Shown here in pieces: positions 15,201 to 28,931 of a stretch of 64,000 bases of DNA. The notes below the pieces were generated by a model. The model was not told where the DNA came from and did not search any database. It saw only the letters and a list, made by a program, of their open reading frames with translations. The stretch spans positions 43,641,669-43,705,668 of the forward strand of contig CM074519.1 of assembly GCA_037379345.1 (NCBI GenBank), written 5' to 3'. How positions within the stretch are numbered: the stretch's first letter is position 1; the number at the start of each line of letters is the position of its first letter. The DNA is from Perna viridis. Its lineage: Eukaryota. Position numbers and translations under genes: made by a program.

Positions 15201-18200
15201 ATATTTATAACCACCTGTTTTCAAGACTATGGTATTGTTATATTTACTTACAACAGCTATATCTGCTGGAACCTGTAGTTCTTCAGGAACTTCAAACACT
15301 GTTTCTTCAAGGGCTAAAAAAATGCATATAAATATGTACTTGTAATTAAATAACTATTTCACTTAATTTTCCAGTTTATTTTACTTTTTACACTGTTTTG
15401 CTTTCTTTATCGTTTAACATCAATATTGTCCTATTTTGATTATTATTTAAAGGATAGCATTATCTATAAAAACAATCAATATCATTAAGCATATGATTTT
15501 TGTCTAGCTTCAATACTTGATATACATTATTTCTTTTATAATAAATACTGTAAATTTAAAAAAACAAGAAAAAGTGTTAATGTAACACAAGGATTTGGCT
15601 CTACTTACAATACATCACATCTTTAAATCAAGTACTCCAATTTTAAAACTGAAAGATAGGCCAACAAGTGGCTCCCAGGAGCCGGAATTGCTCACCTGGT
15701 TGAATTTTGCCTTTCAAGGTCAATAAATTAAACAAGAAATTGTCCAACAATTCTGACTCAAGAAAACTTTGATAGGACTTATCTATCATAAGGATCACTT
15801 CTGTAAATGAAAGTCTAAATCTATTATAGTTTTCAAGACATTGGATGAAAACTGTAAAAAAAAAAAAAAAAAAAAAAACCTGTCATTTTCCCCTGTCAAG
15901 GGCAATAACTCTTATAAGAAGGCATCTGACAAATTTATGCCTGACGACTTTTGTAGTCCTAAAAATAAGGATCATTTCAGCTATTGAAAGAATTTGGCTA
16001 AACCTAACTGTTTTGGAGATATATATGAAAAACTACCGTCTGACCCCTATGTTCTACTTTTAGTAACAGTGGCCATGTTTTTCGACAGATCAAAAAACCC
16101 TACTTCTATTCTAAGCAGGATACCCCAAGGAACACTTATACAGAGTTTTGTTTCAATTGGTAAAATAGTGTCAGGGAGAAGATTTTTGAAAGAAATAACA
16201 TTATAAATAGCAAAAAACTTTGAAAAAGGGCAATAACTCCAACATGGCTTAGGTCTCACTAACCACTTCCAGGTCAAATGGCCACCCAACTATGTAGTAC
16301 CAAAAACACACTGAACCTAGACATATGCATTGTAAGTGCATTATTTGTGTGTATTATGATTAAAAGTAATCAAAATATAAAGTTATAATACCATGTGACC
16401 CTACCTGCTGCAGCATTGGCTGTCTGCATGTAGTCTTGTTGATGTTGGTGATCATAACTGAATCCTACAGCATTAAAACCTTCAGATAACGACTGGTAAT
16501 ATCTCTTCCATTCTTCCTCTGTAATAACAATGGATTTATAATTATTGCATAATATGAGTTATCTCCCTTTATCATAAAAATTTTGTGGAGTCAGTTCTGG
16601 TCTTTTCCTGGTTGTTTAATCATGTTAATTACGATTTTTTAGTTGTGCGCACGGTCCACCTAAAATTGCTGGTCTGTAAGACATTATCAGGTAAAAAAAA
16701 CTTCAAGAATTAGAAAATGTGTGTCAGACTGAATAATTGGCTTATTTCATGTGTACATGACTATAATGAGTAAAAATGTGTGTATTGGTAGTGGATCACA
16801 AGTGATTGATGAAATCTTGTACATGTAAATTGAAGTAATTAATGGTGGCATGATAGCTTTTTAAACACTTAGAAAATAAGATCCAAATAAACAATTTCTG
16901 TATACATAAGACATTTACCAAAATGGGTAACTAAAGGGAATATGGGTGGGACTGTAAATTGAATCCTATATTTGTATATTGCTATTTTCAGAATGGCAAC
17001 TGTTTTAACCTTGGCAACAACATGACGTGTAGATGCTAGGCCAACATTTTTTTTATAATCTGTTTTACGGGACTGCCAACCCTATTTCAGCCAAAAATAA
17101 AATAAAAATAACAGTATGTGAATGTTGTTTTATTTTTGTAAATTCTGCTGACTCTTGGAATATTTACAAGAAAATCCCATGCTAAAAATAAAAGAATATA
17201 GATCGCAAGTTTTCATTGAACAAGTAAAAAAGAAACAACCAATAAGCGATCATTTTATTTTAGTAAGCTATCAGAAGCTCTCTGCATTTATCATTAGTTA
17301 ATGAAAAACACTGAAGGTCAATGGCCGACCACAACAACAATGCATTTGAGGGTCGGCCTACGATTATTTCAAACTCGTTTTTATTGGGGAATACAGAAAG
17401 GTGAATCTTTCTCTATCCGTCAATGAAATAATTGATGAGATTGTCAATGAGAAAGCTGTGGTTGTCATAACAAAGGTGTCCTGCCATGGTCCGATGAATA
17501 TTTTTATTATGCAAACAGCTTCACAAGGATTAATATATTTAACTCCACAATTATGAAATAAATGCTTATTAACCAAACAACATTCTCGTACACTGCCCAA
17601 CACACCAGCGGGCAATATTAGCTTAAAAGTTGTGTCTAAATCTCAACGTATCTTGTAACACAGTAAAAATGTTCTGCGCAAAAATTATTTTTCAAAGCAA
17701 GAGTTGTTCAACATCCCACCTCTGCAATTGATACTGATGTAGCCAACTATTTCAATCCCAATTACAAATTCAAAATAATCATCTTATCTAGAAAACACTC
17801 CTATCTAACAACCAAGAGATAAGATTATCTTCTATGGATAAATCAGAGGAATCACATTTACATACTGTACTGGGTAAACATCCTGCCTATAATTACCATT
17901 TTATCTGGCTTGGATAGCTGATGATTACTGGTCATTATAATAAATGTACATGTCATTATTGTAAACATCACAGACCTTTTTAAATTAACTATCAAATTAC
18001 ATAAACCAAAGATTGATGGACAACACTGCACATCTCAGCTGCAGCTTTTTATCAAGACCATTTCTCCTACGAATAAAACCATTATCAAAACACATTATAT
18101 CAATAAGATGCTGACATCCAGTCATACCTAGGACATAATACAAATGTGATTCTCCAACTAACAACGATAACTGATTAGTCACAATAAGATCAAATCAGGT

Positions 18201-21200
18201 GTGGTTCTGATGTATTTAACTAGGCAAAAATATATTATCAGAAGGGTCGAAATGTTTACAAATGACTTGAAATACACATCCAAAACATTTCGGAAATGTA
18301 GCCAAAAACTTAAAAAGGAGTACAGATGTATCTACCCATCAAAAATATTTTATACATCTTTTCAAAAGTTTAAATTTTTGTGTATTCTCTGTTTCATTGT
18401 AAAAACAGTATTAATAATTAAAGAAGTGAAATGTATATTAAAATTGGGTATCAAAAGCTTTTACTTTTCGCACATTAAGAATATATCAAAAAAACAATAA
18501 AAATGAAAAACAATTACTTTTATTTTTATTTTTTCCATCGGCTTGCCAAGATTTTGACTTTTATTTTTATTTTTAATTGCTCCCCTCGACCCAATTTTTA
18601 AAAAAAAAGTTGGCCTTACTGAACATTGAAAGTTGATAGCATGGAGCAACTGCTCCTTCTTATATAAACTTTGGAAACTTGTTGATGAGGTTGTTAGAAC
18701 AACTTTCCTGTCTATTGTTTGCCATTACCTTCGTACATCTTTTTCTCTGCCATGTCATGTTTGAGCTCAAGGTAACGCTCCTCATCACAAAGTGTTTCTA
18801 ACTGTTGTTCATCATCGGACAGTTTGGTGGCCTTAACTCGACTGGCATCATAAGTCGATAGGTCAAACAGGTGACCTCTGCCATCATACCTGAAGGTACA
18901 GAATTTATACACACAATCACAATATGATCAATAAATTATATACATACTAGATAAACATACACCAGAACTTACAAGACTACAATGTGTGTTCAATAACCTT
19001 AAGTATAGCTTATCATAAAAATCATGCAGAGGATGATTCATCATATTGTAGGGCTGTAACCATAAACTTTTTTCTCAAACAATTCATATCAAGATATTGG
19101 ATCTGCTTGACTACATGTATCACGATACATTTTTAGAGATGTATGCTGCTATGTTTTACAAAACAAAGCCACTTATGCACAAGAAGAAATAAATAGTAAG
19201 GATTTTATCCATCATTCCATTTCACCAATAAATCATTTTTTTTCTCAGTCATTAAAATAATTTTAGCCAAAAAAATTTGTAAAACTAACCCTTACTAAGG
19301 GGGTTGTCATACCAGCATGGCTAAGGGGTAAGGTTAGTTGAATAACAAGTCAAGAAAACTTACTAACCCCCTGAGTCATGGTGGCATGACTAACCCCCTT
19401 AGTACAGTTTTATAAATAATTTTTCTACTTATTTTCTTAAATCCAAAATAATTTCAAATTTAAATAATACATGTACCTTGTTATAACACTAACAAATTTG
19501 TTTAAAAACAGCATCGTATGGTAAGTATTGTAAGCGAAAGATGACCAGGAAAAAATCATTATTTATTTCTGCATGAATCTTAGGACTAACTAAACCTTAA
19601 ATATGATGGATATATACATAAAGGGGTAATGTTAAAAATTGCAGCAAACACTTGTCAATATGAAAGTTTTTTTTTCACAGACTGCACCTTTTCTGTTAAT
19701 TAGTGGATAATTTTAAATTGACAATAACAATAAAATAATGGGCAACTGATATTTTTGTAACACAAATTGTAGCCTTGCAAAGTGACAACCCAATGGTGAC
19801 TTAAAAGTTCTTATACCTCATAATTTCTATATGATTTAGTTTTCTTCAGTCTTTATCTTTGTTTCATTCATTTATGGATGGTCAATTAACATGTACATTT
19901 CATGCTTGTTGAAATTATCTACCTTCTGTATCAATCATATGTAAATAGTCATCTTGACTAAAATTAAGCTATCTGGACAACACTTTTTACAGAAGTTAAA
20001 CAACTTCTAAATCACCTTTTATGTTACTTATCTACATGCAAGTGCTTTTCTTTACATGGGAATTAAAAATCTATATTCTATTTGAAAGACACTACATGTG
20101 TTAAATGAGAAAAGAACAAGTACAATTTTGTCTGCTTTAAAATCTGATCTTTTTTTAATGTTTTTTTCTTCAAAGATTAACCAAATACAGGATATTCTCT
20201 TCCCAAAGTTTCTTGCTTTTTTTGTTTAATATTAAAATTTTGATGACACAGTTTTTCACTTTTTTATATATATATAACATTTCTTTCTATATATTTGACA
20301 ATTGGCAAGAAAATTTTAGATTTTTTCATTCAAGAATTCAACTGATATTCATGTATTATCTACTTATCTTGAATAATACTTTTAGTGATTTCTTTTTTAT
20401 AAATTTTTGGTTATGTTATTAGAATTCAGTTGTCATAAAATATACAACCTTATGTTTTCATGTTCATCATGTTCACTAATTATTCTTAGAAAATGTTTTC
20501 ATACATCTGAATTAATTATAATTGAAATTAATACTAGAAGACAATAACTTAATAGTAAAATTATCAAATTTTAAAAAGAAGGAAAAGAAAATTAAGAATG
20601 AATATATATACATAATTGTTAATCAAATTCCTGCTAAATATAGGGTCCATTCAGTGGTTGTTCTGGGATATCATTATCTCAAGTGTTATTGTTACTTCTT
20701 GTCTTATTTTCTTAGTATCCCTGACCTATATTTAAAACAACACTTTAAAACATGATGTAATGTACATACATGTAGTTTATGTAATGAAATATTAATTGAC
20801 TATGTACTTAACCAACTGATTTTACTTCATGTAAAATCATGATTTTGTATAATTACCAACTGAAACACTCTCCATGGGTATATCACCATTTCTTGGTAAT
20901 CTGAAATCAAAGCATTTTGCAAACAAAACAACAGATACAGACAATGCTAAGCGGAAGTGCTTGAGTTTCCAAAAATAGTCCAAATATCTCTGTACTGTTT
21001 CCCACATGGGTCATCCAGAATTCAAGACCTTGAGTCATGAGTTCCGTTATACTGAGCCAAATTCAAGCAAATTTCATGGACAGAAAATATTTGAGATCTG
21101 CTATGGTGTATACAACAAATACCTGAAACAAAACCACATTAACGCGTACGCGTCGCGATGAAATCGAGCTAATTTGAGACCTTCAAAGGAGGCAGCTGTT

Positions 21201-21390
21201 TCTTGAGAACCGACCTGTCAATCATCATTGAGGTATCACCCATCCATGGAATCAGATGTTCTCCTTGATCAATCGACAAAGCTTTATGATCATCTCTGAA
21301 TAGCTTACAGGCATATCCAAACACTGAAAGTTCTTCTGGCTCCTTTGTTTGTTGACTTTCATCGCCTATGTCCCACAAGAGGGCAGCCAT
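3209..21390 (-). CDS. SFSWAP: Splicing factor, suppressor of white-apricot homolog (SFSWAP/SFRS8), 16 coding exons, ~829 aa
   Basis: Exons (-): 21390-21215, 18889-18729, 16518-16405, 15313-15252, 14751-14517, 14039-13853, 13487-13212, 12859-12637, 11524-11377, 10868-10752, 8934-8779, 7944-7737, 6981-6826, 6372-6265, 4342-4261, 3289-3209. All are GT-AG with consistent phases (2490 nt). The protein has a DRY_EERY N-terminus ([33 protein letters not shown]), two SURP modules ([25 protein letters not shown]; [21 protein letters not shown]), [11 protein letters not shown], an RS-rich region and a C-terminal [12 protein letters not shown] helix. Confidence 0.95.
4659..6318. repeat. Minisatellite, ~26 copies of a 64-bp (occasionally 62-bp) unit overlapping the SFSWAP exon 14 / intron 14 boundary
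   Basis: The unit atatacctacacattagaggtagttaatggactagctgatagtctctctctcgtatactgtcta recurs with period 64 (e.g. 4721, 4785, 4849, 4913). The rightmost copy is the coding end of exon 14. Confidence 0.97.
8557..8759. mobile_element. MITE-like element with terminal inverted repeats
   Basis: agggttattcaataaaaatgt ... acatttttatcttgaataaccct; non-coding, ~200 bp. Confidence 0.55.
9924..10374. repeat. Long (~130 bp arm) inverted repeat in SFSWAP intron 10
   Basis: 9924-~10055 (cagcactccacattttagtttagtttcgcacttttggctaggga...tgttgataaaacattttcc) is the near-perfect reverse complement of ~10245-10374. Confidence 0.85.
11791..11921. repeat. Short foldback/MITE-like palindrome
   Basis: aaaaaattgtaaagtaaaattagtcgtaa ... 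ttacgactaattttaactcttacaattttt. Confidence 0.55.
16252..16385. mobile_element. Partial copy (one end) of the MITE at 28037-28503, inverted
   Basis: ggtctcactaaccacttccaggtcaaatggccacc..ctatgtagtaccaaaaacacactgaacctagacatatgcattgtaagtgc is the reverse complement of ~28380-28500. Confidence 0.8.
17037..18618. mobile_element. Putative non-autonomous DNA transposon (~1.6 kb) bounded by inverted repeats
   Basis: taggccaacatttttttt at 17037 and aaaaaaaagttggcctta ending 18618; no intact transposase inside. Confidence 0.45.
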
Positions 21391-21657
21391 CTTTTCTGAA
21401 TGTGCGGTGAAGTCAAATTTACTTGAATAGGGCTTAAAATAAAAATGAAAATTAAATGTCAGAAGAATGTGAATGTTTTACAACCTTGTATGAAATCTGT
21501 AAAATATTTTTTATTCATCTGAAACTGCGGCGGAATTGTTTGAGCTAGAAAAACTGCACAGAAATGTAAAGTTTAATCAAATTTAAACTTGATACCCCTA
21601 GCAATAAAATGAGCTTACGACTTGCCTTTTCCGCTTCCGGTTGACACATTTTACAGA
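21391..21657. promoter_or_regulatory. Bidirectional promoter region SFSWAP / TMEM199
   Basis: Only 267 bp separate the two ATGs. There is a tandem ETS/GABP-like ttccgcttccggt at ~21629-21641 and a YY1-like aagATGGCtgc over the SFSWAP start codon. Confidence 0.7.
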
Positions 21658-24600
21658 ATGGAACCCAAAGTGAAAGTAACAGAGAAGATCAGAGAGTTGC
21701 TGAAAGATGTTATTGATAAGCCTGGCACTGATATTGCAGATAAAAAACAGATAGAATGTGTCATAGATGAAAATTTCACCAATGTACCCATTAATTTGGT
21801 TCTGAAGGCTTGGAAACAGAAGAAGAAAGGTTCCATTTTTGTTCATCACATGATTATTGCATTTTAATTTTATACTCCAACTGTTTTCTTTGTGCAGTCA
21901 AAATGCATTGACTGTATATTTTCAAGTAAGATACAGGCACTGACTGCATACAACTTTTCTGTTGCAACTTCACAAACCTTACAATGTTTTGAAGTTTCAA
22001 GGATGTTGTTTGCTTCAAATAAAAACTGCTGTTTTCCTTGCTTACTTTAAAATGTAATTTTTCTTTAAAATTGTGTTACAGCATAAGGGGAATAATAGTG
22101 CACTGACTTGACAAAAACTGATGTACGAATTCAGCCCAAACTAGTGAAAATTCTGAGCTCACAGTTTTAAGCCTCATCCATGTATCAGATTTATGTCAGT
22201 GCACTGTTATTGTCGTTTGATCATCATTTATGCACAGATTTGTATTTGTTTAAAAAAAATATATATATATAAATAAATCCCTATGGTCAGATATAGGGAT
22301 TTATTTTTTTTTAAGACAAGTGCCAATGATATCAAGTTGTGGTACCATGTATTCTACTATTCTAATAAGTGAACCCATACTTACAAGTTACATGTAGTTT
22401 AGTGAGGTAATTGCAAAACTTTCCATCAAATTAAAACAATATTGATATTTCAACCAAATATTTGCAGGATATTGAAATTTACCCTTATGATATAACAGTT
22501 CTTCAAGAATGGTAGAAATATTTTACACATTAACCTGTGACATAAACAAATTTTTATGCAACTGACAGCACGAAAATTGAATTCCATATAATAGGTAATG
22601 ATTGCTTTTCCTATCTTGAAAAAGCAGTGGTTTGATTTGAATAATGCAATTAGAGCTATATTTTTTAGGCATGCTAGGTTCTTGAACAGCCAGTTGAACA
22701 ATAGCCCAAGGTTGCTCTGATGTCCAACGGCTGATTTGCCAGACAAGCTGGTGCCGTAGGATGTCAGAGCTTGTCCCATTTCAAAAGCATGGTATTTTGC
22801 ATACCAGTTCTGGTGCATGGTTTGAGTGTTAAATTTATTACTTTATTCCAAAGCTAACTGTAAACATACAGACATACATGTACATGTGAAATGATTTTTT
22901 GCGGTTGTCTGGATTCTTAACAGTGACCATATTTGCAGGAATAAAAATTCTTGGTTTTAAAAAATGATTTGCATTTCAAAGTGTAAAAAATCAATTTGGC
23001 AAGTACTTTTATCCGTACTTATTTTACTATTGGGAAAATAGAACAAAAATTAATACATAACAAAACTTAATACGCTAACAATACCAAAATTGATATCTCA
23101 GTAATAAGTTGGTTAGCATGGTTGATCATATGAAATGATATTTTCTGTTTATGCTTGGACTATGTCAATAATTATTACTGTTATTCATGAATTTGAATTT
23201 GAAGTATGTGGGTCCTGTTTGATGTTATAGAGTGAAATCCTATTATCTATTAGAAAATTTGGAATACTGGGGTATCTGAGTTCACAAGATTAATATCCTT
23301 CAATTAATTTGGATGAAAAAATGTGTCTCATCATACATCATACATGTTCATATTTTGGATAAAAACATGCATTTCACTTTACTTCATAAATGCTTGGTTT
23401 TTTTGTTATAGAAAGTAGCAATACCTTTTGGCTTAACGAACTACTGGAAGACAGTGATCTGTTTTTACCTGAATACCAACCTCCACCACGAGTAAGTCCA
23501 GTAAATATATATTTATCCCAAGGCCCATGCTTTTAGCTGTTGAAACATTTGGTTATGTAATTTAACCGTTGTCACCAACAGCATGAACAGTGAAAGCAAG
23601 TCTGTCAGCCACTTGAATCTGTCTCCCATCCAACTAATATGCTTAGAGGTATTTACTTAGTGTTATCTGCACTTCAAGAAGTGTTAAACCAGTGGACAGT
23701 ATTTATATACATACTTTAAAGATGTACACCTATTATGGATAAATTGCTGTTTTTTGTTATGTTTTTTTTTTTTTTTTTACATATTTTAAGCATGTTTAAC
23801 CATTTTTTGTCACTTTATGTTGTGATCAATACCTACTTTGTGCATACTTGTTACGCTTTGGAACAGTTCATGTTGGATATTCTCCTTCATTGATATTTTT
23901 CATGTGGGAGGTTCTCCGTAATTGACATTGTCTCATGTGGGAGGTCTTGGTTCCTTTGATTACTCTTCCTAATGTTAGAGGGTTAACTGGTACAAATTTG
24001 TATAATCTGTTATTCAAAAAGTATGATTAATATTATTCTAACTTTGCACTGTGTGTATATATACATGCAATGCTTATTATAGGCAAATGATTTGATTAAT
24101 TTTTCCTACATTTTTAGCATGTTGAATTTAGCCAATTTTCAGCAGTATATACATTATCATTAGTACATTTCTTTAGGAAATTTGTAACCCAAACTTCAGT
24201 TTTTTTTTAACTTATTTAGTGTTTATATATATATTAATTGAAAATTCTTATGTTCTTAATAATAAAGGATGGTGACACAGATTCAGACACATTTGGGTCT
24301 AGTTTGGACTTAATTACTTGTGTGTATTTCCAATGTCTCAAGTCAAGTTTATTTTTATACTCGAAAGTACTTCCCATGTCTCTATATTATAATTACCGTC
24401 ATAACTCATATATACCAGTAATTATTCTGTACATTTGTTTTGTATTTCCAGAACCCAGAACTTGAAGCCAGAATACAGAAATTGAAAAGTCAACAACAAA
24501 ATCAGGAATATAAAAAGATGACTAAGAATGTTAATTTCAAAAAGGTGAATATAATGTCATATTCATTGTTTCCTATACTTCTCTACAATGTTTATATTTA

Positions 24601-27600
24601 TTAGCATTATTATCTTGTGTTTTGCAAAGCTCAGAAACCCTGTCTGATGTTCGAAATTCACTCTAAAGGCTGCAGCCAGCCCTCTCAGAAAATGCAAGAA
24701 TCTTGCAAAGTCGGGAAAAAGTCAATGATTTTACACGACTTAATTCAACTGTCAATTGTCGTTTTATTTGAAAAGTGTCCGACAATTTAGAAAGACCTGT
24801 CTGCCGTGGTTAGTAAGAGAGGAAACAAAAGACTGCTACTGCCTGGAGCTTGGTGTTTTGCAAATATTACCCCAGAAAATCAACAGTGTAATTAGTGGTA
24901 TACCAGTTGGCATTGTCTATGATAAGTCATGCAGATCTACACTAAATTACAGTGATTTTATATACAACAGAAAATTAGATGAAAATGTTCTGTATTTCTA
25001 TGATGAAATAAATCAGATTTGGAACACTGTGGTCTTATTTCAATACTTTGGTGGTGTCAAATTGTTGTATGTATATTGTTAATTGTCCATAATATATAAA
25101 ATTAGTATCAATGTCACCATCAAACAACTTTTAAAAAACAGCTTCCATACACAACAGGCGTGACATATCTCTGTGATAACAGTTTATTTGTAAAGTTTCA
25201 GTTGCCTGGGGTCTTTTTTTTAAGTGCATTTCAACTCAATACTTTCTTGGTAATGAGTATGATATTGTATGTGTAAATGATCAGTTTGATTTTCAATTAG
25301 ATCTCAAAGTTTTTGGGAAATATATAATAGAAATAACCTAGGCTGTCTGTCTGTCTGTCTGTCTGTCCACATATATATCTTTCAAACCCAATTCATCAAT
25401 TGAATCTGACAGTATTTTGTTTTTTTTATTTCCAGCATTATGAACAAGATTCTGTTGGGAAGGAATGTAAGTTAATAAGCAGTTCATAAATCATTATTAT
25501 CTGGGTTTAGTGACTTTAGTCATATATTTAACTCAATAATATGCCAATAAGTCTTTTGGAAAGTCAAAATTTCCCTTTAATTACAGGGCCAAAAACTGGT
25601 GAATTTCTAAAAATAAAGCAAAAACTTTCCATTTATTTGAGAACTCTTATTTGTTGGTACCAATTTTCATGATTTAGGGAAAAATAATCAGTTTGTACAT
25701 CCTAGAATTTGTGGATTTGAAAACTCTATCATACAAACAAATTAGAAAGTTCCTGTCTTTTGTAAGGAACAAAATTTCATGGTTTACTAATCCAACATAA
25801 ACAATGAAAATTGATATTCCATGAACAATAATAACCAGTTATATTAGAGACACACTGTTAGATCTGTGTTATATAAAGTCTGGCAGTGTCAGAGACACAC
25901 TGTTGGATCTGTATTGTGTTATATAAAGTCTGGCAGTGTCAGAGACACACTGTTAGGTCTGTATTGTATAAAGTCTGGCAGTGTCAGAGTCACACTGTTA
26001 GATCTGTATTGTATAAAGTCTGGCAGTGTCAGAGACACACTGTTAGTTCTGTATTGTATAGAGTCTGGCAGTGTCAGAGACACACTGTTAGATCTGTATT
26101 GTAAACCCCTTAAGTGTGGCAGTGTCAGAGACACACTGTTAGATCTGTATTGTAAACCCCTTAAGTGTGGCATTGTCAGACACACTGTTAGATCTGTATT
26201 GTAAACCCCTTAAGTGTGGCAGTATCAGAGACACACTTTTAGATCTGTATTGTAAACCCCTAAAGTCTGGCAGTGTCAGAGACACACTGTTAGATCTGTA
26301 TTGTAAACCCCTTAAGTGTGGCAGTATCAGAGACACACTGTTAGATCTGTATTATATAAAGTCTGGCAGTGTCAGAGACACACTGTTAGATCTGTATTGT
26401 AAACCCGTAAAGTCTGGCAGTGTCAAAGACACTCCGTTAGATATGTATTGTATTATAGAAAGTCTGGCAGTGTCAGAGACACACTGTTAGATCTGTATTG
26501 TAAACCCCTTAAGTGTGGCAGTATCAGAGACACACTGTTAGATCTGTATTATATAAAGTCTGGCAGTACAGTGGAATGGTCAACAATTAAAGAAATATTT
26601 GCAGAAAATTTCTAATTTCTGGTTGTAAATATTTACAACAACTAGATATTAGAAATTTGGTATAAAATTGTAGAATAATTTTGTGTTCTTGATGTTGTTT
26701 TTGAATCCATTCTTTTATTTTTTTTCAGTAAAACAATTAAACAACCAGCTGATAGGAGTAGGTAATTTTGTAGTGACTGTATTAGGAGCATTTGCCTTTG
26801 GATATAAAGGAACAGAGTATGCATTTGCTGGATCTGGAAACGATACATTCCCTTTGGTAGGTCTTTTACTTAAATGTGAAATCTAATCACTAATTTGTAA
26901 TAATAAGTCATTAAGAAGGGGGGGTCCTTTTTTCACACAATAACTGGAAAATGCTTCCAACAATTTTAATGAAACTTTGCTTAATTGTTTGTATTTTGAT
27001 TCTTTTGGTCCAGTTTTGAATTATTTTTTTTATTGTTTTGTTGTATGTTGTGTCCAAACCAGTTATGTCCATATCAAACTGTATCAAAATCAAGAAGTCA
27101 TCAAAAAGTTAGTAATTTTTGTGTTATTTAAATCAAGGACTTGGGACCAATTGAAGTTAACTACATCACAGTACCAAACCAGGTCATACAAAATAAGTTT
27201 CCCTAAAGAGAATCAATACAAACAATCAGAAGGCTTGTGAAAATCAAATGAAAATAGTAGGATTTTTAACACTTTCTAATGAAGACAAGCATATCATGTG
27301 CTTTAATGCAACTGTTTGTTTAAACGGATAAAAGTGTGAAGAATTCAAATTTCAAAGCAATAGCCATAGCCATTTTTATCATGTATTTTTATATGCCGTC
27401 TTTTAGAACAGGACATATTATGATATAGCGGGGTCTGTCCATGTGATGTTCACACTTGACACAATAACTCAAAAATGTTGCCATATAATTTTTTGAAATG
27501 TTGATGAATTGTTTCTTTTGATTGATGTGTTCTCCATTTAGGTTTTTATGAATTTGAGAATTTTTTTTTTTTGAGTTATAGGACTTTATTTGTACAAAAA

Positions 27601-28931
27601 TGGGAAGATTTTCTGTTTTCGGACTATAACTCAAAAACCATTGCAGCAATTTCAGTGAAATTTTGTTGAATTATTTTATTTTCGCTGTTGAAAGTTTCAA
27701 TTATGGACAATTTGTGATTTTACGCTTTAGAGTTATGTGACTTTATTAATAAAAAAAAGGGGGAATTTTGCAGTTTTCAAACTATCACTCAAGAGTTGTT
27801 GCACTTATTTTCATGGAACTTTGGCAAATTGTTTTGGTTGATTGGTTTGAGCTTGCTTTCAATTGACATGAATTTCTGACTTCATTTATGAGTTATGGGA
27901 CTTTATTCATAAATAGGAGGGGGATTTCTCATATTTGCACTATAACCTGAAAATGTTTCAAGCAACTTTCGTGAAACCTTGTTGTTTATTTCTATAAGTG
28001 TAGCTCTCTTTTGATTTTCATATATATTTTGTTATACAATGGTCTCACTAACCACTTCTAACCTTGCCATTACTTTACATGTTAAAAAAGTAATTTTCAA
28101 AGTCTCACTGTGAATTCCCAGGACAAATGACATCTTAAAGCTGCATATGGTTGTGAAGCTTGGAAAATAAGGCTTCCAAAATCATTGTGCTAATGGTACG
28201 ATCATAGTAGTAATTCTTCACAAAATTTACTTGAATAAATAATACTGAAAATTCACATTTTTACCTGTTCTGCTAACTGACAGCATGGAGGCAAATTACT
28301 CACACATGTAAACAATATTCATATACTTTTGTAGTTAATTACATATATGATTTTAAAGTACACATTCTCAGCTTTATTTTGACTACTTTTAATCATAATA
28401 CACACAAATAATGCACTTACAATGCATATGTCTAGGTTCAGTGTGTTTTTGGTACTACATAGGGGGTGGCCATTTGACCCGGAAGTGGTTAGTGAGACCA
28501 ATGTTCCTATTGAGTTATGGGACTTGATTCATATAAATATTTGGCAGTTTCCTGTTTTTTTACTTTGACTCAAAACACTGCCGCCAAATTCCATAACATT
28601 ATGAATTTTTTTTATTTCCTTCAATCTAGGCTTTTGATTTTTATTAATCATAACCTACAGGAACGAATTCTGGGATTTATAGAATACATTTTGTCTGTGT
28701 GTCTGTTCATGTTATCTTTTAAAAGTGACATTGCAAGGCTTCCATTCTGGTCAAAACATTGGCTTATGTGATATATTTAATCACATTTAATTGACCTCTG
28801 GGAGCATATTTATTATTTTATTTTATTTATTATATTTTTTTTTGCAGCAATTAATGGCTGGTCTGGTCCTCGGAACAATTGTATTTTTTGCCGATCTCTA
28901 CTTCCTTATCAAAGAAGACAGTAAAACATGA
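21658..28931 (+). CDS. TMEM199: Transmembrane protein 199 (V-ATPase assembly factor Vma12), 6 exons, ~195 aa
   Basis: Exons: 21658-21829, 23412-23491, 24452-24544, 25436-25466, 26729-26856, 28848-28931 (588 nt, phases consistent). Motif WLNELLEDSDLFLPEYQPPPRNPELEARIQKLKSQQQNQEYKKMTKNV, followed by two TM helices (NFVVTVLGAFAFGY; GLVLGTIVFFADLYFL). AATAAA lies downstream at ~29006. Confidence 0.92.
25846..26567. repeat. Minisatellite in TMEM199 intron 4, ~15 copies of 45-bp and 51-bp unit variants
   Basis: Core ggcagtgtcagagacacactgttagatctgtattgt followed by ataaagtct or aaaccccttaagtgt; internal cagtgt..acactg hairpin. Confidence 0.93.
28037..28503. mobile_element. MITE (~470 bp) with TIRs tggtctcactaaccacttc
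   Basis: caatggtctcactaaccacttc ... gaagtggttagtgagaccaatg; it interrupts another repeat and has a second partial copy at 16252. Confidence 0.8.

Noticed and set aside
22450-22818. 122-aa minus-strand ORF in TMEM199 intron 1
   Set aside because: No domain similarity or splice context; probably repeat-derived.
25846-26567. CRISPR-like array (palindromic repeat) and the ORFs 25866-26490
   Set aside because: The units are contiguous with no unique spacers, the context is a eukaryotic intron and there are no cas genes. The ORFs arise from triplet-length repeats.
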